Positions 42,801 through 55,505 of a stretch of DNA of 64,000 bases are shown here, one piece after another. The notes below the pieces were generated by a model. That model was not told the DNA's origin. It ran no database searches and saw nothing but the letters and a program-made list of their open reading frames with translations. How positions within the stretch are numbered: position 1 is the stretch's first letter; each line of letters opens with the position of its first letter. Source of the stretch: Heterodontus francisci (Eukaryota); the NCBI RefSeq assembly GCF_036365525.1, contig NW_027140807.1:1054001-1118000 (forward strand). Reading direction: 5' to 3'. The translations under genes and the position numbers were made by a program.

Positions 42801-45252
42801 TCATGGACTGCGACACCGACCAGCCCCTGGTGTGCAGCAAGGTTGGACTCAAACCAAAGAAGCTGCATCACTCCAAGCAGAAGGGCTGCCCGCGCATCAC
42901 ACTGGCAGAATTTCTCATCCACAGCGGTTACATAAGTTTCTAAATTCACTTGAAAAAGCCCTTCAAAACACTCCCACAGGGGATGCAGAGACCAAAAGGG
43001 TCCACATCAGAGACGCCATCTATGACTCAGCAATGACCACCTATGGCAAATGTGTGAAGCGGAATGCAGGCTGGTTTCAATCTCACATTGAAGAGCTGGA
43101 ACCTGTCATAGCCACTAAGCGCATTACACTGCTGAACTCCAAGAAAGTCCCCAGCGAGTTAACATCCGCAGCACTTAAAGCAGCCAGAAGCACTGCGCAA
43201 ATGACTACTGGCAACACCTATGCAGTCATATTCAGCTGGCCTCCGACACTGGAAATATCAGAGGAATGTATGATGGCATGAAGAGAACTTTTGGGCCAAC
43301 CATCAAGAAGATCACCCCTCTCAAATCTGAATCAGGGGACACAATTACTGACCAAAGCAAGCAAATGGACCGCTGGGTGGAACACTACCTAGAACTGTAC
43401 TCCAGGGAAAATGTTGTCACTGATACCACCCTCAATGCAGCCCAGTCTCTGCCAGTCATGGATGAGCTGGACGTACAGCTAACAAAATCGGAACTTGGTG
43501 ATGCCATTGATTCTCTCGCCAGTGGAAAAGCCCCTGGGAAAGGATAGCATTACCCCTGAAATAGTCAAGAGTGCCAAGCCTGCTATACTGTCAGCACTGA
43601 ACGAAGTGCTTTGCCTGTGCTGGGACGAGGGAGCAGTACCACAGGACATGCGCGATGCCAATATCATCACCCTCTATATGAACAAGGGTGACCACGGTGA
43701 CTGCAACAACTACCGTGGAATCTCTCTGCTCAGCATAGCAGGGAAAGTCTTCGCTCGAGTCGAATTAAACATGCTCCAGAAGCTGGCTGAGCATGTCTAC
43801 CCTGAGGCACAGTGAGGCTTTCGAGCAGAGAGATCTACTATTGACATGCTGTTCTCCCTTCGCCAGCTACAGGAGAAATGCTGTGAACAACAGATGTCCC
43901 TCTACATTTCTTTCATTGATCTCACCAAAGCCTTTGACCTCGTCAGCAGACGTGGTCTCTTCAGACTACTAGAAAAGATTGGATGTCCACCAAAGCTACT
44001 AAGTATCATCACCTCATTCCATGACAATATGAAAGGCACAATTCAGCACAGCGGCGCCTCATCAGACCCCTTTCCTATCCTGAGTGGCGTGAAACAGGGC
44101 TGTGTTCTCGCACCTACACTGTTTGGGATCTTCTTCTCCCTGCTGCTCACACATGCGTTCAAGTCTTCAGAAGAAGGAACTTTCCTCCACACAAGATCAG
44201 GGGGCAGGTTGTTCAACCTTGCCCGTCTAAGACCGAAGACCAAAGTACGGAAAGTCCTCATCAGGGAACTCCTCTTTGCTGACGATGCAGCATTAACATC
44301 TCACACTGAAGAGTGTCTGCAGAGACACATCGACAGGATTGCGGCTGCCTGCAACGAATTTGACCTCACCATCATCCTCAAGAAAACGAGCATCATGGGA
44401 CAGGATGTCAGAAATGTTCCATCCATCAATATCAGCGACCACGCTTTGGAAGTGCTTCAAGAGTTCACCGACCTAGGCTCAACTATCACCATTAACCTGT
44501 CTCTCGATGCAGAAATCAACAAGCGCATGGGAAAGGCTTCCGCTGCTATGCCCAGACCGGCCAAGAGGGTGTGGGAAAATGGCGCACTGACACAGAACAC
44601 AAAAGTCCAAGTGTATCATGCCTGTGTCCTCAGTACCTTCCTGCATGGCAGCAAGGCCTGGACAACGTATGTCAGCCAAGAGCGACGCCTCAATTCATTC
44701 CATCTTCACTGCCTCCGGAGAATGCTTGGCATCAGGACCGTATCTCCAACACAGACGTTCTCGAGACGACCAACATCCCCAGCATATAAGCCAGCGGAGC
44801 ATCAGATGGCTTGGCCATGTGAGCCGCATGGAAGATGGCAGGATCCCCAAGGACACATTGTACAGCGAGCTCGTCACTGGTATCAGACCCACCAGATGTC
44901 CATGTCTCCACTTTAAAGACGTCTGCAAATGCGACATGAAGTCCTGTGACATTGATCACAAGTCGTGGGAGTCAGTTGCCAGCGATCGCCAGAGCTGGCA
45001 GACAACCATAAAGGTGGGTCTGAAGAGTGGCGAGTTGGAGAGACTTAGCAGTTGGCAGGAAAAAAGACAGAAGCGCAAGGAGAGAGCCAACTGTGTAACA
45101 GCCCCGACAACCAATTTTATATGTAGCACCTGTGGAAGAGTCTGTTACTCTAGAATTGGCCTTTATAGCCACTCCAGGCGCTGTTCCACAAACCACTGAC
45201 CACCTTCAGGCGCTTACCCATTGTCTTCGAGACAAGGAGGCCAAAGAAGAAG
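42801..45252 (+). mobile_element. RTE-clade LINE, 5' truncated, frameshifted
   Basis: NYRGISLLS, FIDLTKAFD, GVKQGCVLAPTLF, LFADD, RWLGHVSRMEDGRIPK, C-terminal CSTC..SH zinc knuckle and (GAA)n tail. Confidence 0.95.
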
Positions 45253-45313
45253 TTCGGCATGACTGGGTGGGCCGAAGGGTCTGTTTCAATGCTGTATCTC
45301 TAATAAATATTAA

Positions 45314-45600
45314 ACGAGAGGACACAGATTTACAATATTTGGTAAGAGAAGCAAAAGTGACATGAGGAAAGACTTTTCACACAGCGAGTCTGGAATGCGC
45401 TACCTGAGAACGTGGTGGAGGCAGGTTCAATTGAAGCATTCAAAAGGGAATTAGACAGTTATATGAAAAGGAAGAATGTGCATGGTGAAAGGAGGAAGCC
45501 GGGGGAATGGACCTGAAGAAGTTGCTCTTTCAGAGAGCCAGTGGACATGATGGGCTGAATGGCCTCCTTCTGCATTATCACAATTCTATGATTGTTATGA
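45314..45600 (+). mobile_element. CR1 3' end (continuation of 41665-42553)
   Basis: TRGHRF..WNALPENVVEAGSIEAFKRELDSY plus 3' UTR and ttctatgatt tail. Confidence 0.88.
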
Positions 45601-46699
45601 GGAAAGGTTGAAGAGTTTGGCCAAATCGACTCAACTCAAAGGTTGAGTCTGTGGAACTCGGTTCCCCGGAGAGCATCGGAGGCTGGGCCATTGAATATAT
45701 TCAAGCTTGAGTTGGACAGATTTTTGATCTACAAGGGAGTCAGGGTTATAGGGGGAAGACAGGAAAGTGGAGTTAAAGCTACAATCAGATCAGCCATGAT
45801 CTTATAGAATGGCTGAGCAGGCTCGAGGGGCCAACAAACACGCAATGATATCAGTTCAACTCCTGTTGAGTTAATTGCTGATATCAGGAATGGCTCTGTC
45901 ACTGAACCCCCTCACTGTTCATACACAGAGCAGACTTCTCAACCTCTGCTTATAGGATAATCCCCACATATCCCTTCCACTGTTTGCAACAGGCAAGGTA
46001 CGGGCCGTATCTCACCAGCCCATGCTTGCAAAACTAAATACACAGTTTCCAACATGAGATGTGATTCTGCAAATGGACAACATTTGCTAAATAATCATGT
46101 GCTAAGAATTACACTGACAAAAAAATTTAAAATTGGCATTCTTGCGGATTGTCCTGGTGAGTGCAAGATGAAGAGCTTTGACAACATGTCGCTATTTTCG
46201 GCAATACTCAAGTTCTGTACTTCCAAACGACTACCTCAATGACATCACCCTTTAAATTCCTATACTCAAGGGAATATGACACATGACCATACAAACTGTG
46301 AAGCTAATTTAACCCTTTTAAACCCGATGTCACTGCCTCCAAGGCTGAGATATCCTTCCTGAGCTGCGGTGCAGGTGCACAGAACTGAACAGAATTCCTC
46401 CAGATGGGGTCGAATCAGAGCTTCATACAACAGTAACACAACATCCAGCGCTTTCTATTCCAGCCTCCTTGATGGAAAAAGGACAACATTCTTTGTTGTA
46501 GTAGTTACTTCATTTTAATTATTTGACCTGGAAACAAATCTGCAGAAAGGTTATTTCAGCGAGCGGGAGGTCACTCCATGGAACAGGCTTCCAGGGAGAT
46601 GCTGGAAGCAATTATTACATGTACATTCGAGAGATTTCACTCAGAGATACAGTTTTAGTGTAAGCTGAGTCATGAGGGGTGGTGAGTGTAACATGTTTA

Positions 46700-47650
46700 G
46701 GAGGAACAGGGGAATTCAACAGTAATTTCAGGAGGGGGAAAAAGAACAACAAATACAATAACTTCAGGAGCAAAAATACACGAACAAATACAGCAATAAC
46801 TTCAGGAGGGAAATAAACAAATGCCACAACAAGTCGAACAGGGAACGAGCAGCAACAAATTCAACAACAACCTCAACAGGAGAGAAACACCAACAAATTC
46901 AACAGCATCTTGAACAGGGAAAGAGCACCAACAAATTCAACAACAACCTCACCAGGAGAGAAACACTAACAAATGCAACAACAACTTGAACAGAGAACGA
47001 GCACCAACAAATTCTACAACAACCTCAACAGGAGGGAAACAACAACAAAGAACAACAACCTCAGCAGCAGAGAAACCAACAAACTCAACAACAATCTCAA
47101 CAGGAGAAAAACACCAACAAATACAAAAACCTCCTCAACAGGGCAGAAACACCAACAACTGCAGCATCAATTTCAAGAGGAGAAAAACACCGACAAGTTC
47201 CAAAACACGGTCAGCAGGAGAAACACAGCAAATTCAAAAACAACTGCAGGTGGAGAAAAGCACCAAGAAATCGAGCAACATCGAGTGAAAAACACCGACA
47301 GATACAGCAACAACTTCAAGAGAAAAACACCAACAGATACAACACCACCCTTGGCAGAAGCAAAAACAGTTAACTTCAACAACAAGTTCAGCAAGCGAAA
47401 AGCACCAACAAATTCAAAAGTAATTTCGGCAGAAAAACACAAACAAATTCAACAGCAACGACGTCAGCCAGAGAAACACCCCAACAAATACAAAAACAAC
47501 CTCAACAGGATAAAATACCAACAAATTCAACAATTTCAACCGGAAAAGAACAGCTTTGTGAGGACAAAAAAAATCTAACAAATACAACAACTTCAGTAGC
47601 TGATAATCACAAACAAATTCAACATCAGCAGAAGGGGAAAACACACCGAT
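46700..47650 (+). repeat. AAC-rich minisatellite
   Basis: caacaaattcaacaacaacctcaacaggagagaaacac units. Confidence 0.85.
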
Positions 47651-47879
47651 AAATTGGGCAATGGCACAAGCTGTTGGAGGGACAGGAAATCGTTCACGGG
47701 GGGACATAGTATCTGATTGGCTGCAGCGCCCCACATGTTTGGAGGTCAAAGGGGTCAAAAGCTGCCTCCAGCTTCCGCGCAACCGCGGTTTCGGCGACAT
47801 GTGAGCACGCATGTGGGGGGAGGGGCCAGCACCAAACTGCACCGCCAGAACTGTCCCAAACTCTTAAAGGGACCCAACG

Positions 47880-48400
47880 TGGACAGACAGAGCAAGAGAC
47901 TGAGAGAGCAAGTGACAGAGAGGGAAATAGAAAAGAGAGAGTGATGGGGGAGAGAGAGAGAGAAATGAGCTTGAAAGAATAATAGAGAGATGGAGAGACT
48001 GAGAGAAAATAGGTGATGGGGAGAGAGTGAGAGAGCAAGAGATGGTGAGAAATGGAGGGAGAATTTCCTCAATTGGATAGAGATGGAGAGAGAGTGATAG
48101 AGAGATGTAAAGAGCGATCAAAGAGAAAGGAAGGTGGAGAGTGAGGGACTGGTAGAGTTTGAGAGTGAGGAAACAGACAAATGGAGAGATAAAGGTGAGG
48201 AAAGAGTAACAGAGTGAAAGAGAGAGAGAGAGTGGGAAGGAAAATGAGAAATCAGAGGAAACGAGTAGACACAGGGTGTACAGAAAGAGCGAAAAATGAA
48301 TGAGTGTCCGTCAGAGAGAGAGGGGAATTCCGGGATAGATGTGGGCAGAGAGAGAGGCAGACAGTGTGTGTGTGCGTGAGAGAGAGAGAGAGAGAGAGAT
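47880..48400. repeat. Degenerate (GA)n tract
   Basis: Low complexity. Confidence 0.8.
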
Positions 48401-49929
48401 CAGCACACGTTCATAGTATAGAAAGACTCGCCGTGTTAATCAGTCATTTAATTGGGTGCACAACCAGACAAAAGTAACTTTATTCCCGGGTGAATGAGTG
48501 GAGTCAGACATATAAAAAACAGATTGCAGGTTAAGGCCCAGATAAGCTTTATTAAAGATTAAAAGTTGCAGAGAGAAGTCACCCAGTAATCCTGGTTGCA
48601 ACCCATTGGACTCGATACAATGGTCCAAAAATATTATCACTGCCAATCAAACAAATTCATCAGCTCTACAGCAAACAGTGAAATATCCATAAACTGCAGT
48701 GTTTAATGATTGGAGGAAGATGGCAGAGCATGACTGAGAACATGTAGAAAGACACAAAGTATTTGTTTAGTTTCTCTGCCTTTGTCCTCTGATGAGAGGC
48801 TGAGTAAATTGGACCTGTATTCTCTGGAGTTTAGAAGAATGAGAGGTGATCCTATTGAAACATATCAGATTCTAAAGGGACTGGATAGGATCGACACTGA
48901 GAGATTGTTACCGCTGCTCGGGAAATGAAAGCCTCCCTTATCCCTTCCTAACCAGCTTACCCACCTGTCCTGTCAGCCTCAGGAATCAGTGAACATTCAC
49001 TTCAAGGCCCCCCGGGGTTCACAGACAAAGAGACAATGTTGGAGAACAGTCACGTTGTTAGGCTAGATCGAAAGGGCAAATGTCAAATATATTCATAGTT
49101 TGATGTAATCCTGTGTACACAGATGTACAAGAAATAGGCTTAGAGTGAGAAACATCAGGAGAGAGGGATAAATACAGATGGAGAGAGGGCACCAGTGAGA
49201 AAGGGAGAGATAGGCATGGAGAGAGAAGTGGAGAGCTACTCTTACTGGTAATCTCTCTCCATCTCTGTCTTCCCCTCTCTCTTACTCACTCAATCACTAG
49301 TTCCCCTCTCTGCTAATCTGTCCATGTTTATCTCTCTCCTCTTCTCTCTCTATCTCGATCTCCCTCTGTACCCTCTCAATCCCAATCTCTAGCCGTTTCA
49401 TACCTTCAACGATGCTGCACACAGTTTTGCGGAAACACTGACCGACACTGTCCTTCCCAATCTCTTCCTCTTTCTCTCTGGTACTCTCTCCCCAGTGCTA
49501 TCCTTCCCTCTCTCTTTGTTCTTTTCTATCTCTATACCCATCCCTGTCTTTCGCACTGTTACTCTCTCCATCTGGATGGAGGAGGAGAAGGAGAGGCATA
49601 TATAGCTTTACTCTGTATCTAACCCCACACTGTACCTGCCCTGGGAGTGTTTGATAGAACAGAGAAGGCAGAGATTGACTCAATAGCTAACTAATAGCTT
49701 GGCAGCATTTGATGGGACAGTGTAGATGGAGCTTTACTCTGTATCCCTGCAATTTAGAAGGTTAAGGGGTGATCTGATCAATGTTTGAAGTGGTGCATGG
49801 GGTGCCAATCAAGTGGGCTGCTTTGTCCTGGATGGTGTCGAGCTTCTGGAGTGTTCTGTAGAGGGACAGAGTGTATACAACATTGGATAAGGGACAGAAC
49901 ACAGAGAGTAGTGGTGAATGGTTGGTTCA

Positions 49930-50545
49930 GACTGGAGGTCCGAATCTATCCCTGAAATAATCTTATGCACTTCTATTCACTCTTCCCACAATCTCCTTTG
50001 CTCTATGGAGACCAAACCCAGCTTTTCCAACCTAACTTTGTCGCTAAAATCCCTCATCCCAGTAACCATTCTGCTAAATCTCCTCTGCAACCTCTCAAGG
50101 ACTATCCCCTCCTTCCTAAAGTGTGGTGACCAGAACTGGACACAATTCTCCAATTGGGGCCTAACCAGAGCTTTATAAATGTTCAGCATAACCTCCCTGC
50201 TTTTGTACTCACTGTATACAGTGTACATTGTGGTACAGGGGTATTCCCCAGTGGTTTGGATTAGGACAACTGATCGTTTTGATATATATTAATGACTTGG
50301 ACTTGGGTTTACAGGGCATAACTTCAACATTGTGCCATCTGCAATGGAACAAACAGGGAAGGGAATAGTAGTAGACTTCAGTTGGATAGAGGCAGTCTGG
50401 TGAAATGGTGAGACTCATGGCAGGTTAACTTCAATGCTGAGAAATGTAAAATGATGCATTTTGGAAGGAAGGCTGAGAAGAAGCGATATAAACTAAATGG
50501 TATCATGTTAAAATGGGTGCAGGGACAAAGAGATCTGGGATTTCA
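49930..50545. mobile_element. CR1 fragments (- strand 49930-50210; + strand 50230-50545)
   Basis: YKSREVMLNIYKALVRPQLENCVQFWSPHF; GIPQ..LIYINDLD..FNAEKCKMMHFG. Confidence 0.8.
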
Positions 50546-51569
50546 CTTGTGTCACTTTTTATATCTTAAAGATTCAATTTGGGGCTTGCAATCTGTAAGT
50601 TGAATCTAGCTTCATCCCGAAAAGTGTTAACAAACGTGTTGGGAAATGTGTCAAAAGCTGTTTCCATTCAGACATTCCTGCATTGTGGACGTTTGAGCTA
50701 TCTTTGCAGAGACAGGAAATAGGGGTGTTTGAATGGACCAGCAGGTTTTGGTTGATGCAATAAGGTGAGAATTTGAATTGTTTCCCTTGCAGATCCACAG
50801 AATTGAAGGTATTTACAGAACACCACATGAAGTAGTTTACCAATGTCTGACAAACTTCAAAGAATTCAGACACATGGAAGAAGAGGAGAAGGGAACAATA
50901 TACAAAACCTGAGACAGTCAGACAACAGCAGTAGGAAAATGAATCGCTTTTTATGTGTTTTAATTTGAAGGCCTGAACTGATGATTGAAAAAGCAGGAGT
51001 TCAAATCCCACACTGGGCTGTTGTGAATTTGAATTCTGTTTTTTCAAAAAGAAACATCAATCTGGAATTAAAAAACCTCTCGGATGGAATGATTCACTCC
51101 TGTCTACTAGTGCAAAGCCCGTGTGTGTCTCAATTTTGCTGCATTCATGAACGATTTAAGATGATGGGGTAGAATGACACCAATGACACAAAAATAGGCA
51201 GCGTTGTAAGCAGTGTAGCTGGAAGCATCAAATTACAAAGAGATAATGATATCTTAAATAAATGGGCAAAACTGTGGTAGATAGATTTCAATGTCGGTAA
51301 AAAATACTAGAGCAGAGTACTTTACAAATGCTGAAAAACAAGAAACACTGGTGGTCCAAAGAGACTTGGGGGGTCCATGTCCATTTGAGTGCAGTGTAGA
51401 TTTACCAGAATGATAACTGGACTCAAAGGGATAAATTACGAGGTGATATTACACAAACTGGGGATTTATTCCCTGAAAGTTAGGAGGATCAAGGTGATTT
51501 GTTCAAAGTTGTTGAGATATTAAGGGGAACTGATGGGGTAGTTTTGGATAAAGTATTTCAGCAGCATGG

Positions 51570-52023
51570 GAACATAGGAACAGGAGTAGGCCATTCAGCC
51601 CATCGAGCCTGCTCCACCATCCAATACTATCATGGCTGATCATCCATTTCAATGCCTTTTCCCCAGACTATCCTCATATCCCTTTATGTCATTGGTATTT
51701 AGAAATCTGTCAATCTCTGCTTTAGACATACTCAATGACTGAGCTTCCACAGCCCTCTGGGGTAGAGAATTCCAAAGATTCACAACCCTCTGAGTAAAGA
51801 CATTTCTCCTCATCTCCGTCCTAAGTGGCTTCCCCCTTATTTTGAAATTGTGTCCCCTGGTTCTAGACTCCCGTACCAAAGGAGACATCTTACCTGCATC
51901 GAACCTGTCTATCCCTTTATGTATTTTGTATATTTCAATAAGATCACCTCTCATTCTTCTGAATCCCAATGAGTACAGGCCCAACCTGTTCAACCATTCC
52001 TCAGAAGACAACCCCATTATCCC
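51570..52023 (-). mobile_element. CR1 3' end abutting and truncating Vbeta copy 3
   Basis: LGLYSLGFRRMRGDLIEIYKI..FTQRVVNLWNSLPQ plus 3' UTR; a degraded + strand CR1 lies at 51170-51560. Confidence 0.9.
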
Positions 52024-52024
52024 A

Positions 52025-52377
52025 GGAGTAAAACATCAGCCGCGGCTCCTTCGCCTGTCCTGTCTGTACCAGAACATGGAACCGTTACCCTCACCCTCCA
52101 CACGACACTCCAGTCCTACTCCCTCCCTAGGAAGTCTGGAGATGGCGGTGGAAGCTGACGGACCCTCGCTGAGATCGTGCCTGGGGGAAGAGACAGGGAG
52201 AGAAGAAGATCAGTGAACAGGGACAATCTGGAATGTGAGGAATGAAGGAAGGAGAGAAAGATAGAGAGAAAGACAATAAGAAAGAGAGCTGTTAGCACAA
52301 ACAATGGGGGTGTGGGGTGGTGGTGAGAAAGATCCCTTACTTTGAAATAAGACCATGAGACTCAGTAACAGATACAT
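52025..52377 (-). pseudogene. TCR Vbeta-like segment, copy 3 (leader 52341-52377; V exon 52180-52025), frameshifted and 3' truncated
   Basis: MYLLLSLMVLFQ/GTAAG; STISARVRQL, frameshift, TAISRLPREGVGLECRVEGEGNGSMFWYRQD, frameshift, KEPRLMFYS; no RSS (replaced by CR1). Confidence 0.85.
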
Positions 52378-52854
52378 CTTCCACTGGAAGCTGATCCTGC
52401 AATTGGGAAATCAGTGGAAAGAAGAGAGTTGAGTCTTGTGTGCAGCCACATGAAAACTCAAGGAAGTGATTCAAGTTTGCACAACACCTCCCTCCCTGAT
52501 GGGAAACACACACCCCTTTCTCTACCATTGGCTTCCACTCGTTGCTGTTGAATTTGTTGGTATCATTCTGCTGCTGAAGTTGTTGGTGTATTTGTTGCTG
52601 TATTTGCTGGTGTTTTTCTCCGACTGAGGTTGTTGAATTTGTTGGTGTTTGAATCTCCTGCTGATCTGTTGTTGAATTTGTTGGCGTTGTTCTCCTGCTG
52701 AGGTAATTGTTGTGTTGGTTGGTGTTTTCCCTTCTGAGGTTTTTGTTGAGGTTGTTGTTTCCTTCCCTGCTTAACTTGTTGTTGCATTTTTTAATGTTGT
52801 GGTTGTTGTTGTATTTTTTTGCGTTTATATTCCCTGCTGAGGTTACTTTCTCTT

Positions 52855-53985
52855 TTTGAATTCATTCTTGAGATTTTGGGCGATGCTGCTGGAGGCCAGC
52901 ATTTATTGTCCATCCTTTTCGCCCCTTGAGAAGGTGGTGGTGAGCTGCCTTCTTGAACTGCTGCAGTCCATGTGGGGTAAGTACACCCACAGTGCTGTTA
53001 GGAAGGGAATTCCAGGATTTTGACCCAGCGACAGTGAAGGAACGGCGATATAGTTCCAAGTCAGGATGGTGTGTGACTTGGAGGGGAACCTGCAAGTGAT
53101 GGTGTTCCCAAGGATCTGCTGCCCTTGTCCTTCTAGGTGGTAGAGGTCCAGGGTTTGGAAGGTGCTGACGAGGGAGCCTTGGTGCATTGCTGCAGTGCAT
53201 CTTGTAGATGGTACACATTGCTGCCACTGAGCATCGGTGGTGGAGGGAGTGAAAGTTGTGGATGGGTGGAGGGAGTGAAAGTTTGTTGATGGTTTGCCAA
53301 TCAAGCGGACTGCTTTGTCCTGCATGGTGTCGAGCTTCTTGAGTTTTGTTGGAGCTGCACCCATCCAGGCAAGTGGAGAGTATTCCATCACACTCCTGAC
53401 TTGTACCTTGTAGATGGTGGACAGGCTTTGGGGAGTCAGGAGGTGAGTTGCTTGTCACAGGATTTCTAGCCTCTGTCCTGCTCTTGAAGCCACAATATTT
53501 ATATGGCTATCCCAGTTCAGTTTCTGGTCAATGGTAACCCTTTAGGATGTTGATAGTGGGGGATTCAGCGATGTTAATTCCATTGAATGTCAAGGGGAGA
53601 TGGTTAGATTCTCTTTTAATTGAGATGGTCATTGCCTGGCACTTATGTGACACGAATGTTTCTTGCCAATTATCAGCTCAAACCTGGATGTTGTCCAGGT
53701 CCTGCGACATCTGAACACGGGCTGCATCAGAATCTGAGGTGTCACGAATGATGCTGAACATTGTGCAATCATCAGTGAACATCCCCACTTCTGATCTTTT
53801 GATTGAAGGGAGTTCATTGATGAAGCAGTTGAAGATTGTGGGACAGGACATACCCGGGGATGGGGATGACGAGGTGTGTGACATTGTCTGTAAGGCATAA
53901 TTCCCTGAGTATGACGATGTCAGGCTGTTGCTTGACAGCTCTCCCAACTTTGGCACAAGCCCCTAAATGTTGGTAAGGAGGATTT
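52855..53985 (-). mobile_element. CR1-group LINE (duplicate of 5740-6850)
   Basis: MEYSPLAWMGAAPTKLKKLD, FTDD. Confidence 0.85.
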
Positions 53986-54239
53986 TGCAGGTTCGACATG
54001 TTGTTGCATCTGTTGCTGTGTTTCGCCTGCTGAAGTTGTATTTATTACTTTTCTCCTCCTGAAGCACTTGTTGAATTCTGTTGATGTTCTTTCTCCTCCT
54101 GACGTTGTTGTATTTGTTGGTGAGCTTTTTTTTTGCCAAAGTTGCTTCTCAAATTGTTGGTGTTTTCCCCTGCTGAGGTTGTTGTTGAATTTGTTAATGA
54201 TTTTCGTGCTGAGGTTTTTGTTGCATTTGTCGTATTGCC

Positions 54240-55505
54240 CGGAGGAGGTTACAGAGATAGGGAGGAATGTTGGGGCTGGAGGAGGTTACAGAGAAAGGGA
54301 GGGTTGTCAGGCGGGAGGAGGTTACAGAGATAGGAAGGGTTGTAGGGGTCTGGAGGAGGTTACAGAGAGAGGGAGGCTTCTTGGGTCTGGAGGAGGTTAC
54401 AGAGAAAGGGAGGGTTGTCGGGCAGGAGGAGGTTACACAGATAGGAAGGGTTGTAGGGGCTGGAGGAGGTTACAGAGATAGGGAGGGATGTTGGGGCTGG
54501 AGGAGGTTACAGAGAAAGGGAGGGTTGTCGGGCGAGAGGAGGTTACACAGATAGGAAGGGTTGAGGGGCTGGAGGAGGTTACAGAGATAGGGAGGGATGT
54601 TGGGGCTGGAGGCAGTTACAGAGATAGGGAGGGTTGTAGGGGCTGGAGGAGGTTACAGAGATAGGGAGGGTTGTTGGGCTGGAGGAGATTACAGTGATAG
54701 GGAGGGTTGTTGGGGCTGGAGGAGGTTACAGTGATAGGAAGGTTTGTAGGGGCTGGAGATGGTTACAGAGATAGGGACGTTGTTGGGGCTGGAGGCTGTT
54801 ACAGAGATAAGGGGCTTGTAGGGGCCGAAGGAGGTTACAGAGATAGGGAGGCTTGTTGGTTCTGAAGGAAGTTACAGAGATAGGGAGAGTTGTCGGGATG
54901 GAGGAAGCTACAGAGATAGGGAGGGTTGTAGGGGCTGGAGGAGGTTACAGTGTTAAGGAGGGTGGCAGGGTCTGCAGGAGGCTACAGAGATGGGGATGGT
55001 TGTCGGGCTGGAGGAAGCTACAGAGATAGGGAGGGTTGTAGCGGCTGAAAGAGGTTACAGAGATAGGGATGGTTGTTGGTGCTGAAGGAAGTGACAGAGA
55101 TAGGGATGGTAGTCGGGCTGGAGGAAGCTACAGAGATAGGGAGGGTTGTAGGGGATGGTGGAGGTTACAGAGATAGGGAGCATTGTAGGCTGGAGGAGGT
55201 TACAGAGATAGGGAGGGTTGTACGGGATGGACGAGGTTACAGAGATCGGGACGGTTGTAGACTGGGGGAGGTTACAGACATAGCGTTGGTTTTCGGGGCT
55301 GGAGGTCATTACAGAGATCGGGATGGTTGTCGGGGCTAGAGGAAGTTACAGAAACAGGGAAGGTTGTCGGAGTTTGGAGGAGGTTACAGATGTCGGAAGG
55401 GTTGCATTATCTTATGGAGGTAGCAGAGATAGGGAGGGTTGCATTACCTTGAGGAGATTGCTGTGATAGGGAGGGCTGTAGGAGCTGCAGGAGGTTACAG
55501 AGAGA
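54240..55505 (+). repeat. 37-bp minisatellite, about 34 copies
   Basis: Same unit as 7090-7445. Confidence 0.92.

Noticed and set aside
46973-47578. 201-aa Asn/Gln/Thr-rich ORF (also 334-771)
   Set aside because: Translation of the AAC minisatellite; no splice or domain support.
39908-52000. ZP-domain, TM/GPI, TCR D/J or C exons
   Set aside because: No ZP cysteine motifs, FGxG J motif with RSS, or C1-set exon recognised; the region is mostly retroelement debris. Checked by eye only.
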